Assembly (NCBI GenBank): GCA_902797995.1
Contig: CADBUX010000002.1
Coordinates: forward strand, 7,031 to 71,030
Direction: 5' to 3'
Origin: an uncultured Erysipelotrichaceae bacterium
Lineage (GTDB): Bacteria > Bacillota_I > Bacilli_A > RF39 > UBA660
Length of the DNA stretch: 64,000 nt
Shown here piece after piece: positions 45,492 through 56,659 of the stretch. A program made the position numbers and the translations under genes. Each line of letters opens with the position of its first letter. Positions within the stretch are counted from its first letter, which is position 1. The notes beneath the pieces are model-generated. The model was not told the origin of the DNA. It saw only the letters and a program-made list of their open reading frames with translations, and made no database searches.

Positions 45492-45854
45492 ATGTCAAAA
45501 TATAAAGTCGGTAGTATAGTATTTGGAACAGTAACTGGTATTGAAAAATATGGGGTTTTTGTAAATCTAGATGATTATTATACTGGACTTATTCATATCT
45601 CTGAAATATCACATGGTTTTGTTAGAGACATAAATAACTTTGTATCATTAGGGGATACAATAAGAGTAAAAGTAATAGATGTTGATGACGAATCATTTCA
45701 TGTTAAACTCAGTATTAAAGATATAGATTATAAAAGCCTAACTCCAAAAAGAATGGAAATCAAGGAAGTAGGTAGTGGATTTGAAATACTTCATAGGAAC
45801 TTACAAGGATGGATAGACAGTAAAATAGGGGAAATAAACGAGAAAAAAAGTTAA
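45492..45854 (+). CDS. S1 RNA-binding domain protein (YugI/GSP13-like)
   Basis: G.IV.G.VTGIEKYGVFV.LD....GLIHISEIS.GFV is an S1 fold. Confidence 0.8.
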   Translation: MSKYKVGSIVFGTVTGIEKYGVFVNLDDYYTGLIHISEISHGFVRDINNFVSLGDTIRVKVIDVDDESFHVKLSIKDIDYKSLTPKRMEIKEVGSGFEILHRNLQGWIDSKIGEINEKKS

Positions 45855-45871
45855 AAAATTGGTAAATTGTA

Positions 45872-45900
45872 TTGACAAAAGAATTAGAATATATTATATT
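45872..45900 (+). promoter_or_regulatory. Promoter of the tRNA operon (TTGACA-17-TATATT)
   Basis: TTGACA at 45872-45877 and TATATT at 45895-45900, about 25 nt upstream of the first tRNA. Confidence 0.6.
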
Positions 45901-45925
45901 TATAAACGTCAGCAGTTTATTAGAC

Positions 45926-46002
45926 GGGCGATTAGCTCAGTTGGTTAGAGCACTTGCCTTACAAGCAAGGGGTCGGGAGTTCGAGTCTCTCATCGCCCAC
46001 CA
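45926..46002 (+). tRNA. tRNA-Val (anticodon UAC)
   Basis: Cloverleaf folded by eye; anticodon loop CTTACAA; encoded CCA end. Confidence 0.9.
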
Positions 46003-46046
46003 TTTTTAATGCCGAAATGGCTCAATTGGTAGAGCAACTGACTTGT

Positions 46047-46675
46047 GGGATAGAGTAGTAATTACTTTTGAACTATCTTGCACCTTTATGAAGAAATTCA
46101 TAAAGTGGACGTCGCTAATTCGGGGAAACCTTCATAAGCAGAAGGTGGTGGTTGTTTGAATTGTTTATATTGTAACAAACCATTAAAAGATAATAACAAA
46201 TATTGCAATAATATTTGTCAAGCCAACTACAGATATAGGGATTATATTTCTAAATGGAAAAGTGGCAAAGTTAATGGTTTGAAAGGAAAGTATCAGATTT
46301 CCAATCATATTAGAAAATATTTAATGATTAAGTATAAACATAAATGTTCAAGATGTGGCTGGAGTAAAGTTAATCCTTACACAAAAGTAATTCCCTTAGA
46401 GATAGAACATCTTGATGGTAATTACTTAAATAACAATGAAGATAACCTAGCACTTTTGTGTCCTAACTGTCATTCACTTACACCCACATACAAGGGAGCA
46501 AATAAGGGAAACGGGAGAAAGGATAGGAAAAAATATAGCTTGTATGGCAATCCCGAGCTAGGTTAATACCGAGTGTAGAGACTTTATACGACGGGCCTAA
46601 GTCTTTAATGATATGGCTAAGAGAAAGTCCAGACTACAAACAACGATAGTTGGTAGTGAAAACTATAGTAGTATG
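46047..46675 (+). mobile_element. Group I intron (IC3-like core) with internal HNH endonuclease ORF
   Basis: P1 is 46044-46053 / 46073-46082, with exon U46046 opposite G46080. P2 hairpin 46084-46105 has a GAAA loop. AATTCGGGGAAACC (46117-46130) and GTGTAGAGACT (46573-46583) are core strings. P3 is 46110-14/46589-93, P7 is 46580-84/46625-29, and the P9 hairpin is 46633-46657. The terminal nucleotide is G46675. Confidence 0.8.
46156..46566 (+). CDS. HNH homing-endonuclease-like protein encoded within the intron
   Basis: TTG start follows GAAGGTGGTGG, and an in-frame TAA lies at 46135-46137 upstream. An N-terminal CxxC...CxxxC is followed by the HNH core LEIEHLDGNYLNN..DNLALLCPNCH. Confidence 0.8.
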   Translation: MNCLYCNKPLKDNNKYCNNICQANYRYRDYISKWKSGKVNGLKGKYQISNHIRKYLMIKYKHKCSRCGWSKVNPYTKVIPLEIEHLDGNYLNNNEDNLALLCPNCHSLTPTYKGANKGNGRKDRKKYSLYGNPELG

Positions 46676-46723
46676 AATCAGTAGGTTCCGGGTTCAAGTC
46701 CTGGTTTCGGCACCATTTTTTTT

Positions 46724-46807
46724 GGAGCGGTAGCGAAGTGGTCAAACGCGGCAGACTGTAAATCTGTTCCTTCGGGTTCGATGGTTCAAATCCACCCCGC
46801 TCCACCA
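46724..46807 (+). tRNA. tRNA-Tyr (anticodon GUA), long variable arm
   Basis: Anticodon loop CTGTAAA; CCA end. Confidence 0.9.
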
Positions 46808-46813
46808 GTTTAT

Positions 46814-46888
46814 TGCCTCGTAGCCAAGCGGTAAGGCATCAGACTTTGACTCTGACATGCGCTAGTTCGAATCTAGCCGAGGCAGCCA
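46814..46888 (+). tRNA. tRNA-Gln (anticodon UUG)
   Basis: Anticodon loop CTTTGAC; acceptor TGCCTCG/CGAGGCA; CCA end. Confidence 0.9.
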
Positions 46889-46901
46889 ATTTTTTATTTA
46901 T

Positions 46902-46977
46902 GTCCCGCTAGCTCAGTCGGTAGAGCACTTGACTTTTAATCAAGGGGTCTGGAGTTCGAATCTCCAGCGGGACACCA
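46902..46977 (+). tRNA. tRNA-Lys (anticodon UUU)
   Basis: Anticodon loop CTTTTAA; CCA end. Confidence 0.9.
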
Positions 46978-46986
46978 TTTATATAA

Positions 46987-47075
46987 GCCTGAGTGGCGGA
47001 ATAGGTAGACGCACAGGACTTAAAATCCTGCGAGGATCAAACCTCGTGCCGGTTCAAGTCCGGCCTTAGGCACCA
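46987..47075 (+). tRNA. tRNA-Leu (anticodon UAA), long variable arm, no intron
   Basis: Anticodon arm CAGGA-CTTAAAA-TCCTG; CCA end. Confidence 0.9.
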
Positions 47076-47093
47076 AGTTATATTTGTTAATAC

Positions 47094-47186
47094 GGAGGAA
47101 TACCCAAGTCTGGTTGAAGGGACCGGTCTTGAAAACCGGGAGGTCGTGTGAGCGGCGCAGGGGTTCGAATCCCTTTTCCTCCGCCA
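47094..47186 (+). tRNA. tRNA-Ser (anticodon UGA), long variable arm
   Basis: Anticodon arm CCGGT-CTTGAAA-ACCGG; CCA end. Confidence 0.9.
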
Positions 47187-47201
47187 TTTTAAAATCTTTA
47201 T

Positions 47202-47279
<78 letters not shown>

Positions 47280-47280
47280 T

Positions 47281-47356
47281 GGTTCCGTGGTGTAGTGGTT
47301 ATCACGTCTGCCTGTCACGCAGAAGATCGCGGGTTCAAGTCCCGTCGGAACCGCCA
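47281..47356 (+). tRNA. tRNA-Asp (anticodon GUC)
   Basis: Anticodon loop CTGTCAC; CCA end. Confidence 0.9.
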
Positions 47357-47360
47357 TTAT

Positions 47361-47436
47361 GGCTCTGTAGCTCAGTCGGTAGAGCACAGGACTGAAAATC
47401 CTGGTGTCGGCAGTTCGATTCTGCCCGGAGCCACCA
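47361..47436 (+). tRNA. tRNA-Phe (anticodon GAA)
   Basis: Anticodon loop CTGAAAA; CCA end. Confidence 0.9.
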
Positions 47437-47447
47437 GTTGAAACGTT

Positions 47448-47478
47448 AAAAAGCCTTAAGGGCTTTTATTTTTTTTAT
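47448..47478 (+). terminator. Terminator of the tRNA operon
   Basis: AAAAGCC-TTAAG-GGCTTTT followed by a long T-run. Confidence 0.8.
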
Positions 47479-47544
47479 CTTATAGAAAAAAATATTGCCA
47501 TTTTAAAAATAAATGCTATAATTAAAGCAGAAGGGAGAAGTATT

Positions 47545-48165
47545 ATGAGTTTTAAAGATTTAAAGACAAAAGCAAAAGAAAGTTTAAAAGGTCATTATGG
47601 AGAAGCCATAAAAATGATACTAGTTTATGGTCTAATAGCATTTGTTTGTGGTGGCGTAATTGGAGGAATCCTTGGCGCAGCAGGAGCAAAAGAAGATATT
47701 ATTACATTTGTATCTGAAATAGTAACTGTTATTTATACTTGCTTATTAGGATTTGGTTTAGAATCATTCTTCTTAAAACTATCTCGTAATGAAGAAGTTA
47801 CTTGGAAGGAATTATTCTCTAAAACAAATATGTTTGTATCATACTTAGTAATTTCTCTTTTAGTAGGTATTTTTGTAACACTATGGTCATTACTACTAAT
47901 AATTCCAGGTATAATCGCAGCACTAGGATACTCTCAAGTATACTTAGTAAAATTAGATAATCCTGAAATGGGAGATTTTGATGCCATTAAAAAGAGTAAA
48001 GAACTAATGAAAGGACACAAATGGGAATTCTTCTTACTTGGTCTAAGTTTCATTGGATGGATGATTCTTGGAATATTTACACTAGGAATTCTATACCTAT
48101 GGTTAATTCCATATATGTCCGTAACTATGTGTAACTTCTATAATGGACTAGTATCACAAAAATAG
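47545..48165 (+). CDS. DUF975-family integral membrane protein
   Basis: ATG 47545 follows AGGGAGAAG. MSFKDLKTKAKESLKGHYGEAI is the typical DUF975 N-terminus. The track's 47404 start runs through tRNA-Phe and its terminator. Confidence 0.7.
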   Translation: MSFKDLKTKAKESLKGHYGEAIKMILVYGLIAFVCGGVIGGILGAAGAKEDIITFVSEIVTVIYTCLLGFGLESFFLKLSRNEEVTWKELFSKTNMFVSYLVISLLVGIFVTLWSLLLIIPGIIAALGYSQVYLVKLDNPEMGDFDAIKKSKELMKGHKWEFFLLGLSFIGWMILGIFTLGILYLWLIPYMSVTMCNFYNGLVSQK

Positions 48166-48327
48166 AATTGTCTTTAAATGACTGCTTAAAGCAGTCATTT
48201 TTTCTTGTAAACGATATTAAAGCGCAAAAGCATTAAAATATAATTTTTTGCCATTTTTTGACAAATTTCACAAAAAAAGTATGGTATAGTCTTTATGCAG
48301 TTTAAGAATAAGGAAGGAGATTTAAAA

Positions 48328-48540
48328 ATGATTAAGAAGGTTAAGTGGTTTAACGATGCTAAAGGATATGGATTCTTAGATAATGGAGAAATGGAAGATA
48401 TATTTGTTCATTATTCTGCTATAAATAGTGAAGGTTATAAAACGCTTTCACAAGACCAGTTAGTAGAATTCGATCTTATCGAAACTAGTAAAGGCTATCA
48501 AGCTAAAAACGTAACCTTAAAAGAAAAGCAAACAGTGTAG
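48328..48540 (+). CDS. Cold-shock protein (CspA family)
   Basis: [13 protein letters not shown] (RNP1) and VHYSAI (RNP2). The promoter is TTGACA-18-TGGTATAGT. Confidence 0.9.
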   Translation: MIKKVKWFNDAKGYGFLDNGEMEDIFVHYSAINSEGYKTLSQDQLVEFDLIETSKGYQAKNVTLKEKQTV

Positions 48541-48569
48541 TATATATTGAATACTTAAGTATTCTTTTT

Positions 48570-49859
48570 TTATACTAAAATTTTTTTAAGCTTTATATAT
48601 TGATATATAGTTATTATTAAGTATTGAATAAATGTTGCTATTAAAAGCGAATACATTTGTATATCAAAAAATAAAGTGAAAAATAAAACTATTGATTTTA
48701 CTATTACTCCAATTAAACTTGATTTCATAACAATATCAGCATTATTAACAGCCTGCAAAGTTGATAAAATAGGCCCTTGAATATAAGTTAACAAAAATAT
48801 GGGAGAAGCAAATAGTAAATAGTTAGAGCCATGTGTTTCATTAAACATAAGTTTTAAAGATTTATTTGGAAACATCATAAATATAATTGTAAAAAATATT
48901 CCTATTAAGAAAGACACAACTATAGCCTGTTTTAATTTTCTTTTTATTTGTCTATTATTGTTCTCTGCATGATATTTAGACACAGTAGGAAGAAGAGCAT
49001 TAGATATCGCGGCACTTAAAAACTGAGGCATCATAACCATAGGAAAAACATAACCAGTTATTATTCCGTATTCATTCGTGATTTCGCCGCTTGTATATCC
49101 GATTTTAAGTAAAACATAAGTAATTATAATTGGCTCTAAAAAAACACCAACTGATGATATCATCCTTCCCGCAGTAGTAGGCACTGATATTTTAAATATA
49201 TCCTTAATATTATCATAATCAGGCTCTATATCTTTTTTTGTAATAGTTACATTCTTAGGTATAAAGAAAAATAATATAAGTATTGATACAATTTCACTTA
49301 TTACATTATATAGAATAATACCTGTCACTGCACTAATAACTCCGTATTTTAATAAATATGGTGTTATTATTATAGTCATTAGAATTCTTATTATTTGCTC
49401 TATTATATTTGAAATAACATGTGGCACCATTTTTTCTTTTCCAAAAAAGTATCCTCTTATAATATTAGATAGCGTTATAAAAGGAAGAGTAATAGCCATA
49501 GCCAGAATCGGAGTATATAATTTTTCATTTTGCAAAAGAGTATTTGAAATAAAATGTGATGAAAATATAAGAATTAGTACTAAAAGAACATCAATAAACA
49601 TAGCAATAGGTATAATACCAAGTATTACATTTTTATTGTTTCTAGTATTTTCGGATACAAGTTTTGAAATAGCAATTGGAAGTGATAAAGTAGCTATTGT
49701 AATAAAAAGACCATAAGTAGGCATTATCATCATATATAGACCGATACCAGAAAGCCCAATTATTCTAGTAGTTACCATTCTAATAATCATACCTAATACT
49801 TTTGTAATAAAACCACCAATTACTAATATTATTGTTGACTTTATAAATCTTTCTTTCAT
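48570..49859 (-). CDS. MOP-superfamily flippase (MurJ/SpoVB/polysaccharide-biosynthesis-protein family), short form
   Basis: 12-plus TM segments and an N-terminal FIKSTIILVIGGFITKVLG pattern as in SpoVB/MurJ-type proteins. Confidence 0.65.
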   Translation of the reverse strand: MKERFIKSTIILVIGGFITKVLGMIIRMVTTRIIGLSGIGLYMMIMPTYGLFITIATLSLPIAISKLVSENTRNNKNVILGIIPIAMFIDVLLVLILIFSSHFISNTLLQNEKLYTPILAMAITLPFITLSNIIRGYFFGKEKMVPHVISNIIEQIIRILMTIIITPYLLKYGVISAVTGIILYNVISEIVSILILFFFIPKNVTITKKDIEPDYDNIKDIFKISVPTTAGRMISSVGVFLEPIIITYVLLKIGYTSGEITNEYGIITGYVFPMVMMPQFLSAAISNALLPTVSKYHAENNNRQIKRKLKQAIVVSFLIGIFFTIIFMMFPNKSLKLMFNETHGSNYLLFASPIFLLTYIQGPILSTLQAVNNADIVMKSSLIGVIVKSIVLFFTLFFDIQMYSLLIATFIQYLIITIYQYIKLKKILV

Positions 49860-49903
49860 ATTAAAAGATATGCATAAAAAAAGTAAATATATATTTGATA
49901 TAT

Positions 49904-51061
49904 CTACTTTTTATTTCTCGTTAATTTTTTAACAACCTCTTCACAGTTTGGCTTTAATGACATATTCTCTAGTTCTAATAGTTTGTTTTTAGCTTTTAAT
50001 TTGTTATTCTCATCTTCAACTTTTTCTAAAAGAGAACGCCTTTTTTCTAATTCTTGCTTTAAGTTTTCTAATTCAGTTATTATGTTTTTATATGAATATA
50101 AAGACTCATCATTATTTGAAACTAATGAATCATTATAAGAACTAATAATATCTAAGATTGCATCATCAATGTATTCATATCTGTCTTTCAAATCTAAAAA
50201 ATCTATCATTTTCCTCTTAGATATTAGATCTGCTATTTCTTCATACATACTAATGTTTATACGATTATCTATATTTATATTAATAACCTTATCTATATAA
50301 TATATACTGCTAATTATAGTGTTAGGTATACCACCATAAGTTTCAGCGTATTCTTTACAAGTATTTATTTTGTTTAATTTTTCTTTGTGATGATAATAAT
50401 AAGATTTTGAAATAGCATTACTGTTAGCACTAAAATCATCATTCATTATTTTTTTATACATTATTTCTATTGTTGTTACTATCTGATTTTCAAATAATCT
50501 TTTTAAAAAGTCTTCAGATTCTTTAGTATTTGCTTTCATGAGACGACTAGTGCTTGGATAATATGTATTATTGTCATCATCTCGTGTAAAACCAATTACA
50601 CTTAAACTATAACCATTAGTATATCCTATATAATAACCATCATAAAGTGGTTCTTTTTGCGTTTTATTTCTGCTTTTTCTATATTCTACTACGAATTCTA
50701 TATCAAAAAGATTTATACCACATATTCTCTTAAAGTTTTTAAGTTTTTCATAAATGTATTCTGAGAATACTTCTGAATCATCAATGTATCCTCTTTCTAT
50801 ATAATTCATAAATCTTTCAAAGTTTTGTACTATTTTATATAGAATTTTAAATGAAGAACCTTTATATAATCCAGTTGCTCTTAAATAACTAGTATTTATT
50901 CCAAGAAGATGTGCAATGTTTTTAGGCCTATATTTTATATTTATAGAGTCCCCGTTTGATAGTTTTACACTATATTTAGTATCACTTATTTTTCTCTCTT
51001 GATAAAATTCTAATGCATCAGCAATTTTTTCTTTTATTTTATAATAGTCTTCATTACTCAT
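49904..51061 (-). CDS. Hypothetical protein; N-terminal region faintly resembles PBECR (Barnase-EndoU-ColicinE5/D-RelE-like) nuclease domains, C-terminal coiled coil
   Basis: INIKYRPKNIAHLLGI ... TYYPSTSRLM is reminiscent of PBECR-type motifs. The last ~80 aa are heptad-like. This is a low-certainty assignment. Confidence 0.3.
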   Translation of the reverse strand: MSNEDYYKIKEKIADALEFYQERKISDTKYSVKLSNGDSINIKYRPKNIAHLLGINTSYLRATGLYKGSSFKILYKIVQNFERFMNYIERGYIDDSEVFSEYIYEKLKNFKRICGINLFDIEFVVEYRKSRNKTQKEPLYDGYYIGYTNGYSLSVIGFTRDDDNNTYYPSTSRLMKANTKESEDFLKRLFENQIVTTIEIMYKKIMNDDFSANSNAISKSYYYHHKEKLNKINTCKEYAETYGGIPNTIISSIYYIDKVININIDNRINISMYEEIADLISKRKMIDFLDLKDRYEYIDDAILDIISSYNDSLVSNNDESLYSYKNIITELENLKQELEKRRSLLEKVEDENNKLKAKNKLLELENMSLKPNCEEVVKKLTRNKK

Positions 51062-51176
51062 AGAATCACCAACTTCTTGACAACATATATTATATCATTA
51101 ATGTATAAAGAATAATAAATAAAATACCCAATTTTTGATATTCGTGTTATAATTAGTAGGAAATACAGGTGATATT

Positions 51177-53319
<2,143 letters not shown>

Positions 53320-53375
53320 AAGAATATAATATTTTTGTGATATAATTTATGTTATACGTGAAAGGAAAGATAAAT

Positions 53376-54812
53376 ATGAAAAACGAAGAATTTGTTAAAG
53401 AAATAACAAATATTGATGAAGATTTTGCACAGTGGTATACAGATATATGTATAAAAGCAGAACTTGCGGATTACACTGCTTCAAAAGGATTTGTTGCCAT
53501 TCGTCCATATGGATATGCAATATATGAAAATATTTCCAATTATGAAGATAAGGAATTTAAAAAACTAGGGGTTCAAAATGTAACAATGCCACTTTTAATT
53601 CCTGAAAGCTTGTTAAACAAAGAAAAAGATCACGTCGAAGGATTTGCTCCTGAAGTTGCATGGGTAACACAAGGAGGAGAAGAAGAATTAGAAGAAAGAC
53701 TTTGCGTAAGACCAACTTCAGAAGTAATTTTCTCTACAATGTATGCCAAATGGCTTAAGTCTTGGAGAGATTTACCATTTTTATATAATCAATGGGGAAG
53801 TGTTGTAAGATGGGAAAAAGAAACAAGACCATTCTTACGTACAAGAGAGTTTTTCTGGCATGAAGGACATACTATTCATGAAACTGCCGAAGAAGCAAAA
53901 GATTTTTGTATTAAAATATTAGATATTTATACGGATGTAATAGAAAACCTACTTGCAATTCCTGTTATTAGAGGAAAAAAAACTGATAGTGAAAAGTTCG
54001 CAGGTGCTGTTTCAACATTTACAGTTGAAACACTTATGAGAGATGGTAAAGCGCTTCAAGCTGGTACATCACATTATCTAGGAGATAACTTCTCTAAAGC
54101 ATTTAATATTACATTTCAAGATAGAGAAGGTAAACAAGCCTATCCACATTACACTACTTGGGCTACAACATCAAGATTAATCGGAGCAATTATAATGGCA
54201 CATGGTGATGATAGAGGACTAAAACTTCCTCCACGTATCGCGCCAATTCAGGTAGTTATAGTACCAATTTCTCAAGAAAAGGAAGAAGTACTTGAAAAAG
54301 CAAATGTAATTAAAGAAAGATTGTCTAGCAACTTCAAAGTTAAACTAGATGATAGAGATAATTATACTGCCGGATATAAGTTCAATTACTGGGAAATGAA
54401 AGGTGTTCCAGTAAGACTTGAAATTGGCCCAAAAGATATTGAAAAAGGTGAAGCCATCTTAGTTAGACGTGATACATTTGAAAAGAAAAGTGTAAAACTA
54501 GAAAACCTTGAAAAAGAACTTCAAGAACTTATGGATAAAATTCATCAAAATATGTTTGATACATGTTTAAAAAGACAAGAAGAAAAAACAACTGTTGTAC
54601 ATAACATGGATGAACTTGTTAAAACAATAGATGAAAACCAAGGATATTTAAAAGCTATGTGGTGTGGCAGTGCTGAATGTGAAGAAAAAATTAAAAATCT
54701 TACTGCAGTTAAATCTAGATGCATTCCATTTGAAGAAGAACACTTGGATGACAAATGTGTATGTTGTGGTGGCCCTGCTAAACACATGGTTGTATGGGGA
54801 AGACAATACTAA
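53376..54812 (+). CDS. proS: Prolyl-tRNA synthetase, archaeal/eukaryote-like type (no INS domain, C-terminal Zn-binding domain ending in Y)
   Basis: DFAQWYTDI, class II motifs (RPTSE, FLRTREF.WHEGHT), C.....CCGG and a terminal ...VWGRQY. Confidence 0.9.
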   Translation: MKNEEFVKEITNIDEDFAQWYTDICIKAELADYTASKGFVAIRPYGYAIYENISNYEDKEFKKLGVQNVTMPLLIPESLLNKEKDHVEGFAPEVAWVTQGGEEELEERLCVRPTSEVIFSTMYAKWLKSWRDLPFLYNQWGSVVRWEKETRPFLRTREFFWHEGHTIHETAEEAKDFCIKILDIYTDVIENLLAIPVIRGKKTDSEKFAGAVSTFTVETLMRDGKALQAGTSHYLGDNFSKAFNITFQDREGKQAYPHYTTWATTSRLIGAIIMAHGDDRGLKLPPRIAPIQVVIVPISQEKEEVLEKANVIKERLSSNFKVKLDDRDNYTAGYKFNYWEMKGVPVRLEIGPKDIEKGEAILVRRDTFEKKSVKLENLEKELQELMDKIHQNMFDTCLKRQEEKTTVVHNMDELVKTIDENQGYLKAMWCGSAECEEKIKNLTAVKSRCIPFEEEHLDDKCVCCGGPAKHMVVWGRQY

Positions 54813-54908
54813 TAAGTTTATAAAAATATAACTATTTTTGATAGTTGTATTTTTTTTATTTGTTTTATGATATAATTAACAATATGTTGATGAAAGGAAT
54901 GAATTTTT

Positions 54909-56588
54909 ATGAAACTAAAGAATAGTTTTTTCTATACTTTAAGAGAAGATATAAAAGATGAAGAAAGTGTAAGTGGTAATCTTTTAACAAGAGCGGGATT
55001 TATTAAAAAAAGTTCAAGCGGAGTATATATGATTTTACCTCTTGGACTTAGAGTTTTAAGAAATATTGAACAAATTGTAAGAGAAGAAATGGATGCTACT
55101 GGAGCACAAGAACTTATGATGCCTTGTATGATTCCAGAAGATGTATTTATTAACTCTGGTAGACGTGCTAACTTTGGTGACGATATGATGTCATTTAAGG
55201 ACAGAATGGGACGTGACTATGTTCTTGGACCAACTCATGAAGAACTTTTCTTAGCGGCAGCTGCTATGAAAGTTAAATCATATAAAGACATGCCATTTAA
55301 TATGTATCAAATGTTTACTAAATTTAGAGATGAGCCAAGACCTAGATACGGGCTTTTAAGAGTAAGAGAATTTATTATGAAAGATGCATACAGTTTTGAT
55401 GCTACTATGGAATCTGCTAAAGAATCTTATAAAAAAATGTATGATGCTTATATAAAAATTTTTGATAGAATAGGACTTAACTATAGAATAGTTACTGCTG
55501 ATTCTGGTGTTATGGGAGGAAATCTATCTGAAGAATTCCAAGCCTTAGCAGACATTGGAGAAGATACGGTTGTTCTTTGCGATAATTGCGATTTTGCTAA
55601 GAATAAAGAAGTCTGTGAATCGATAAGTGGGAAAGAAGAAGAAAATGAAGAAATAAAAGAAAAAGAACTTCTTGAAACTCCAAATGTTGGTACTATTGAT
55701 GACTTAGTTAATATAGGATTTTCTGCTGATAAACTTACTAAAACATTAATATATAAAATAGATGAGAAGTTTTATGCATGTGTATTTCCTGCAGATAGAA
55801 ATGCTAATGAAATTAGTATTAGAAAAGCAGTTAATGGAACCTCAATTGAACTAGCTTCCGAAGAAGATGTAATTAGAATTACAAATGCCAAAGTAGGATT
55901 TGCAGGACCAATTAGTATTGGAATTCCAGTAATAGTAGATGAAGACGTGTTAAAAATGAAAAACTTCCTAGTTGGTGCTAACAAAAGTGACTATCACTAC
56001 ATAAACGTAAATGTATCTGATTTTGATAAATATACAGTTGCTAATATAAAAGAAGTAAAAGAAGGAGATATTTGTCCAAAATGCGGAGGACATCTTACAT
56101 TTAAAACAGCTATTGAAGTTGGTAATACATTTATGCTTGGAGAAAAATATGCTAAGGCAGTAGATTTTACTTTCCTTGATAAAAATAATGAAAGAAAGTA
56201 CCCAATAATGGGAAGTTATGGAATAGGTATTGAAAGAGTTATGGCTTCATTCGTAGAACAACATAACGATGAAAATGGTATGATTTGGCCACTTCATTTA
56301 GCTCCTTATAAAATAGCAATAGTTTTAATAAATAAAGATGGAGAAGAATACGCAAACAAAGTTTATGATGAACTTAATAATTTAGGTATAACTGTTATGT
56401 TAGATGATAGAGATGAAAGACCAGGAATTAAATTTAAAGATATGGACTTAATAGGTATACCTATTAGAGTAACTATTGGTAAAAGTTTTAACGATGGAAA
56501 AGCAGAAATTAAGCTTAGAAACGAAAAAGACTTTAAAGAAATAAATAAAGATGAACTTATCGAAGAACTTAAGAAACTTGTAAAATAA
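54909..56588 (+). CDS. proS: Prolyl-tRNA synthetase, bacterial type with INS editing-domain insertion
   Basis: GNLLTRAGFIKK, LGPTHEE, RPRYGLLRVREF.MKDAYSF, then a ~170-aa insertion, then GSYGIG..R. Confidence 0.9.
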   Translation: MKLKNSFFYTLREDIKDEESVSGNLLTRAGFIKKSSSGVYMILPLGLRVLRNIEQIVREEMDATGAQELMMPCMIPEDVFINSGRRANFGDDMMSFKDRMGRDYVLGPTHEELFLAAAAMKVKSYKDMPFNMYQMFTKFRDEPRPRYGLLRVREFIMKDAYSFDATMESAKESYKKMYDAYIKIFDRIGLNYRIVTADSGVMGGNLSEEFQALADIGEDTVVLCDNCDFAKNKEVCESISGKEEENEEIKEKELLETPNVGTIDDLVNIGFSADKLTKTLIYKIDEKFYACVFPADRNANEISIRKAVNGTSIELASEEDVIRITNAKVGFAGPISIGIPVIVDEDVLKMKNFLVGANKSDYHYINVNVSDFDKYTVANIKEVKEGDICPKCGGHLTFKTAIEVGNTFMLGEKYAKAVDFTFLDKNNERKYPIMGSYGIGIERVMASFVEQHNDENGMIWPLHLAPYKIAIVLINKDGEEYANKVYDELNNLGITVMLDDRDERPGIKFKDMDLIGIPIRVTIGKSFNDGKAEIKLRNEKDFKEINKDELIEELKKLVK

Positions 56589-56659
56589 GAGTGTATAAAA
56601 ATACACTCTTTTCTTTTTACTTTTAATAGTTTTTATTCTATAATAAAGATGGTGATTAT

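Larger units (their letters stand above)
46011..46715 (+). tRNA. tRNA-Thr (anticodon UGU) interrupted by a 629-nt group I intron; exons 46011-46046 and 46676-46715
   Basis: The joined exons give a 76-nt cloverleaf with acceptor GCCGAAA/TTTCGGC. The anticodon arm is ACTGA-CTTGTAA-TCAGT, the T-arm is CCGGG-TTCAAGT-CCTGG, and there is a CCA end. It closely resembles Bacillus tRNA-Thr(UGU) as I recall it. Confidence 0.85.

Noticed and set aside
46087-46110. Alternative splice sites giving tRNA-Gln(UUG) or another anticodon
   Set aside because: Only the U46046 | G46047 ... G46675 | A46676 choice gives all of the following: a 7-nt anticodon loop, a U-G wobble in P1 and a terminal intron G. The tRNA body also matches Thr, and a separate tRNA-Gln lies at 46814-46888.
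53320-54908. T-box leaders upstream of either proS
   Set aside because: The intergenic spaces are only about 55 and 95 nt. They contain just a promoter, or a terminator hairpin plus promoter, and no T-box sequence.
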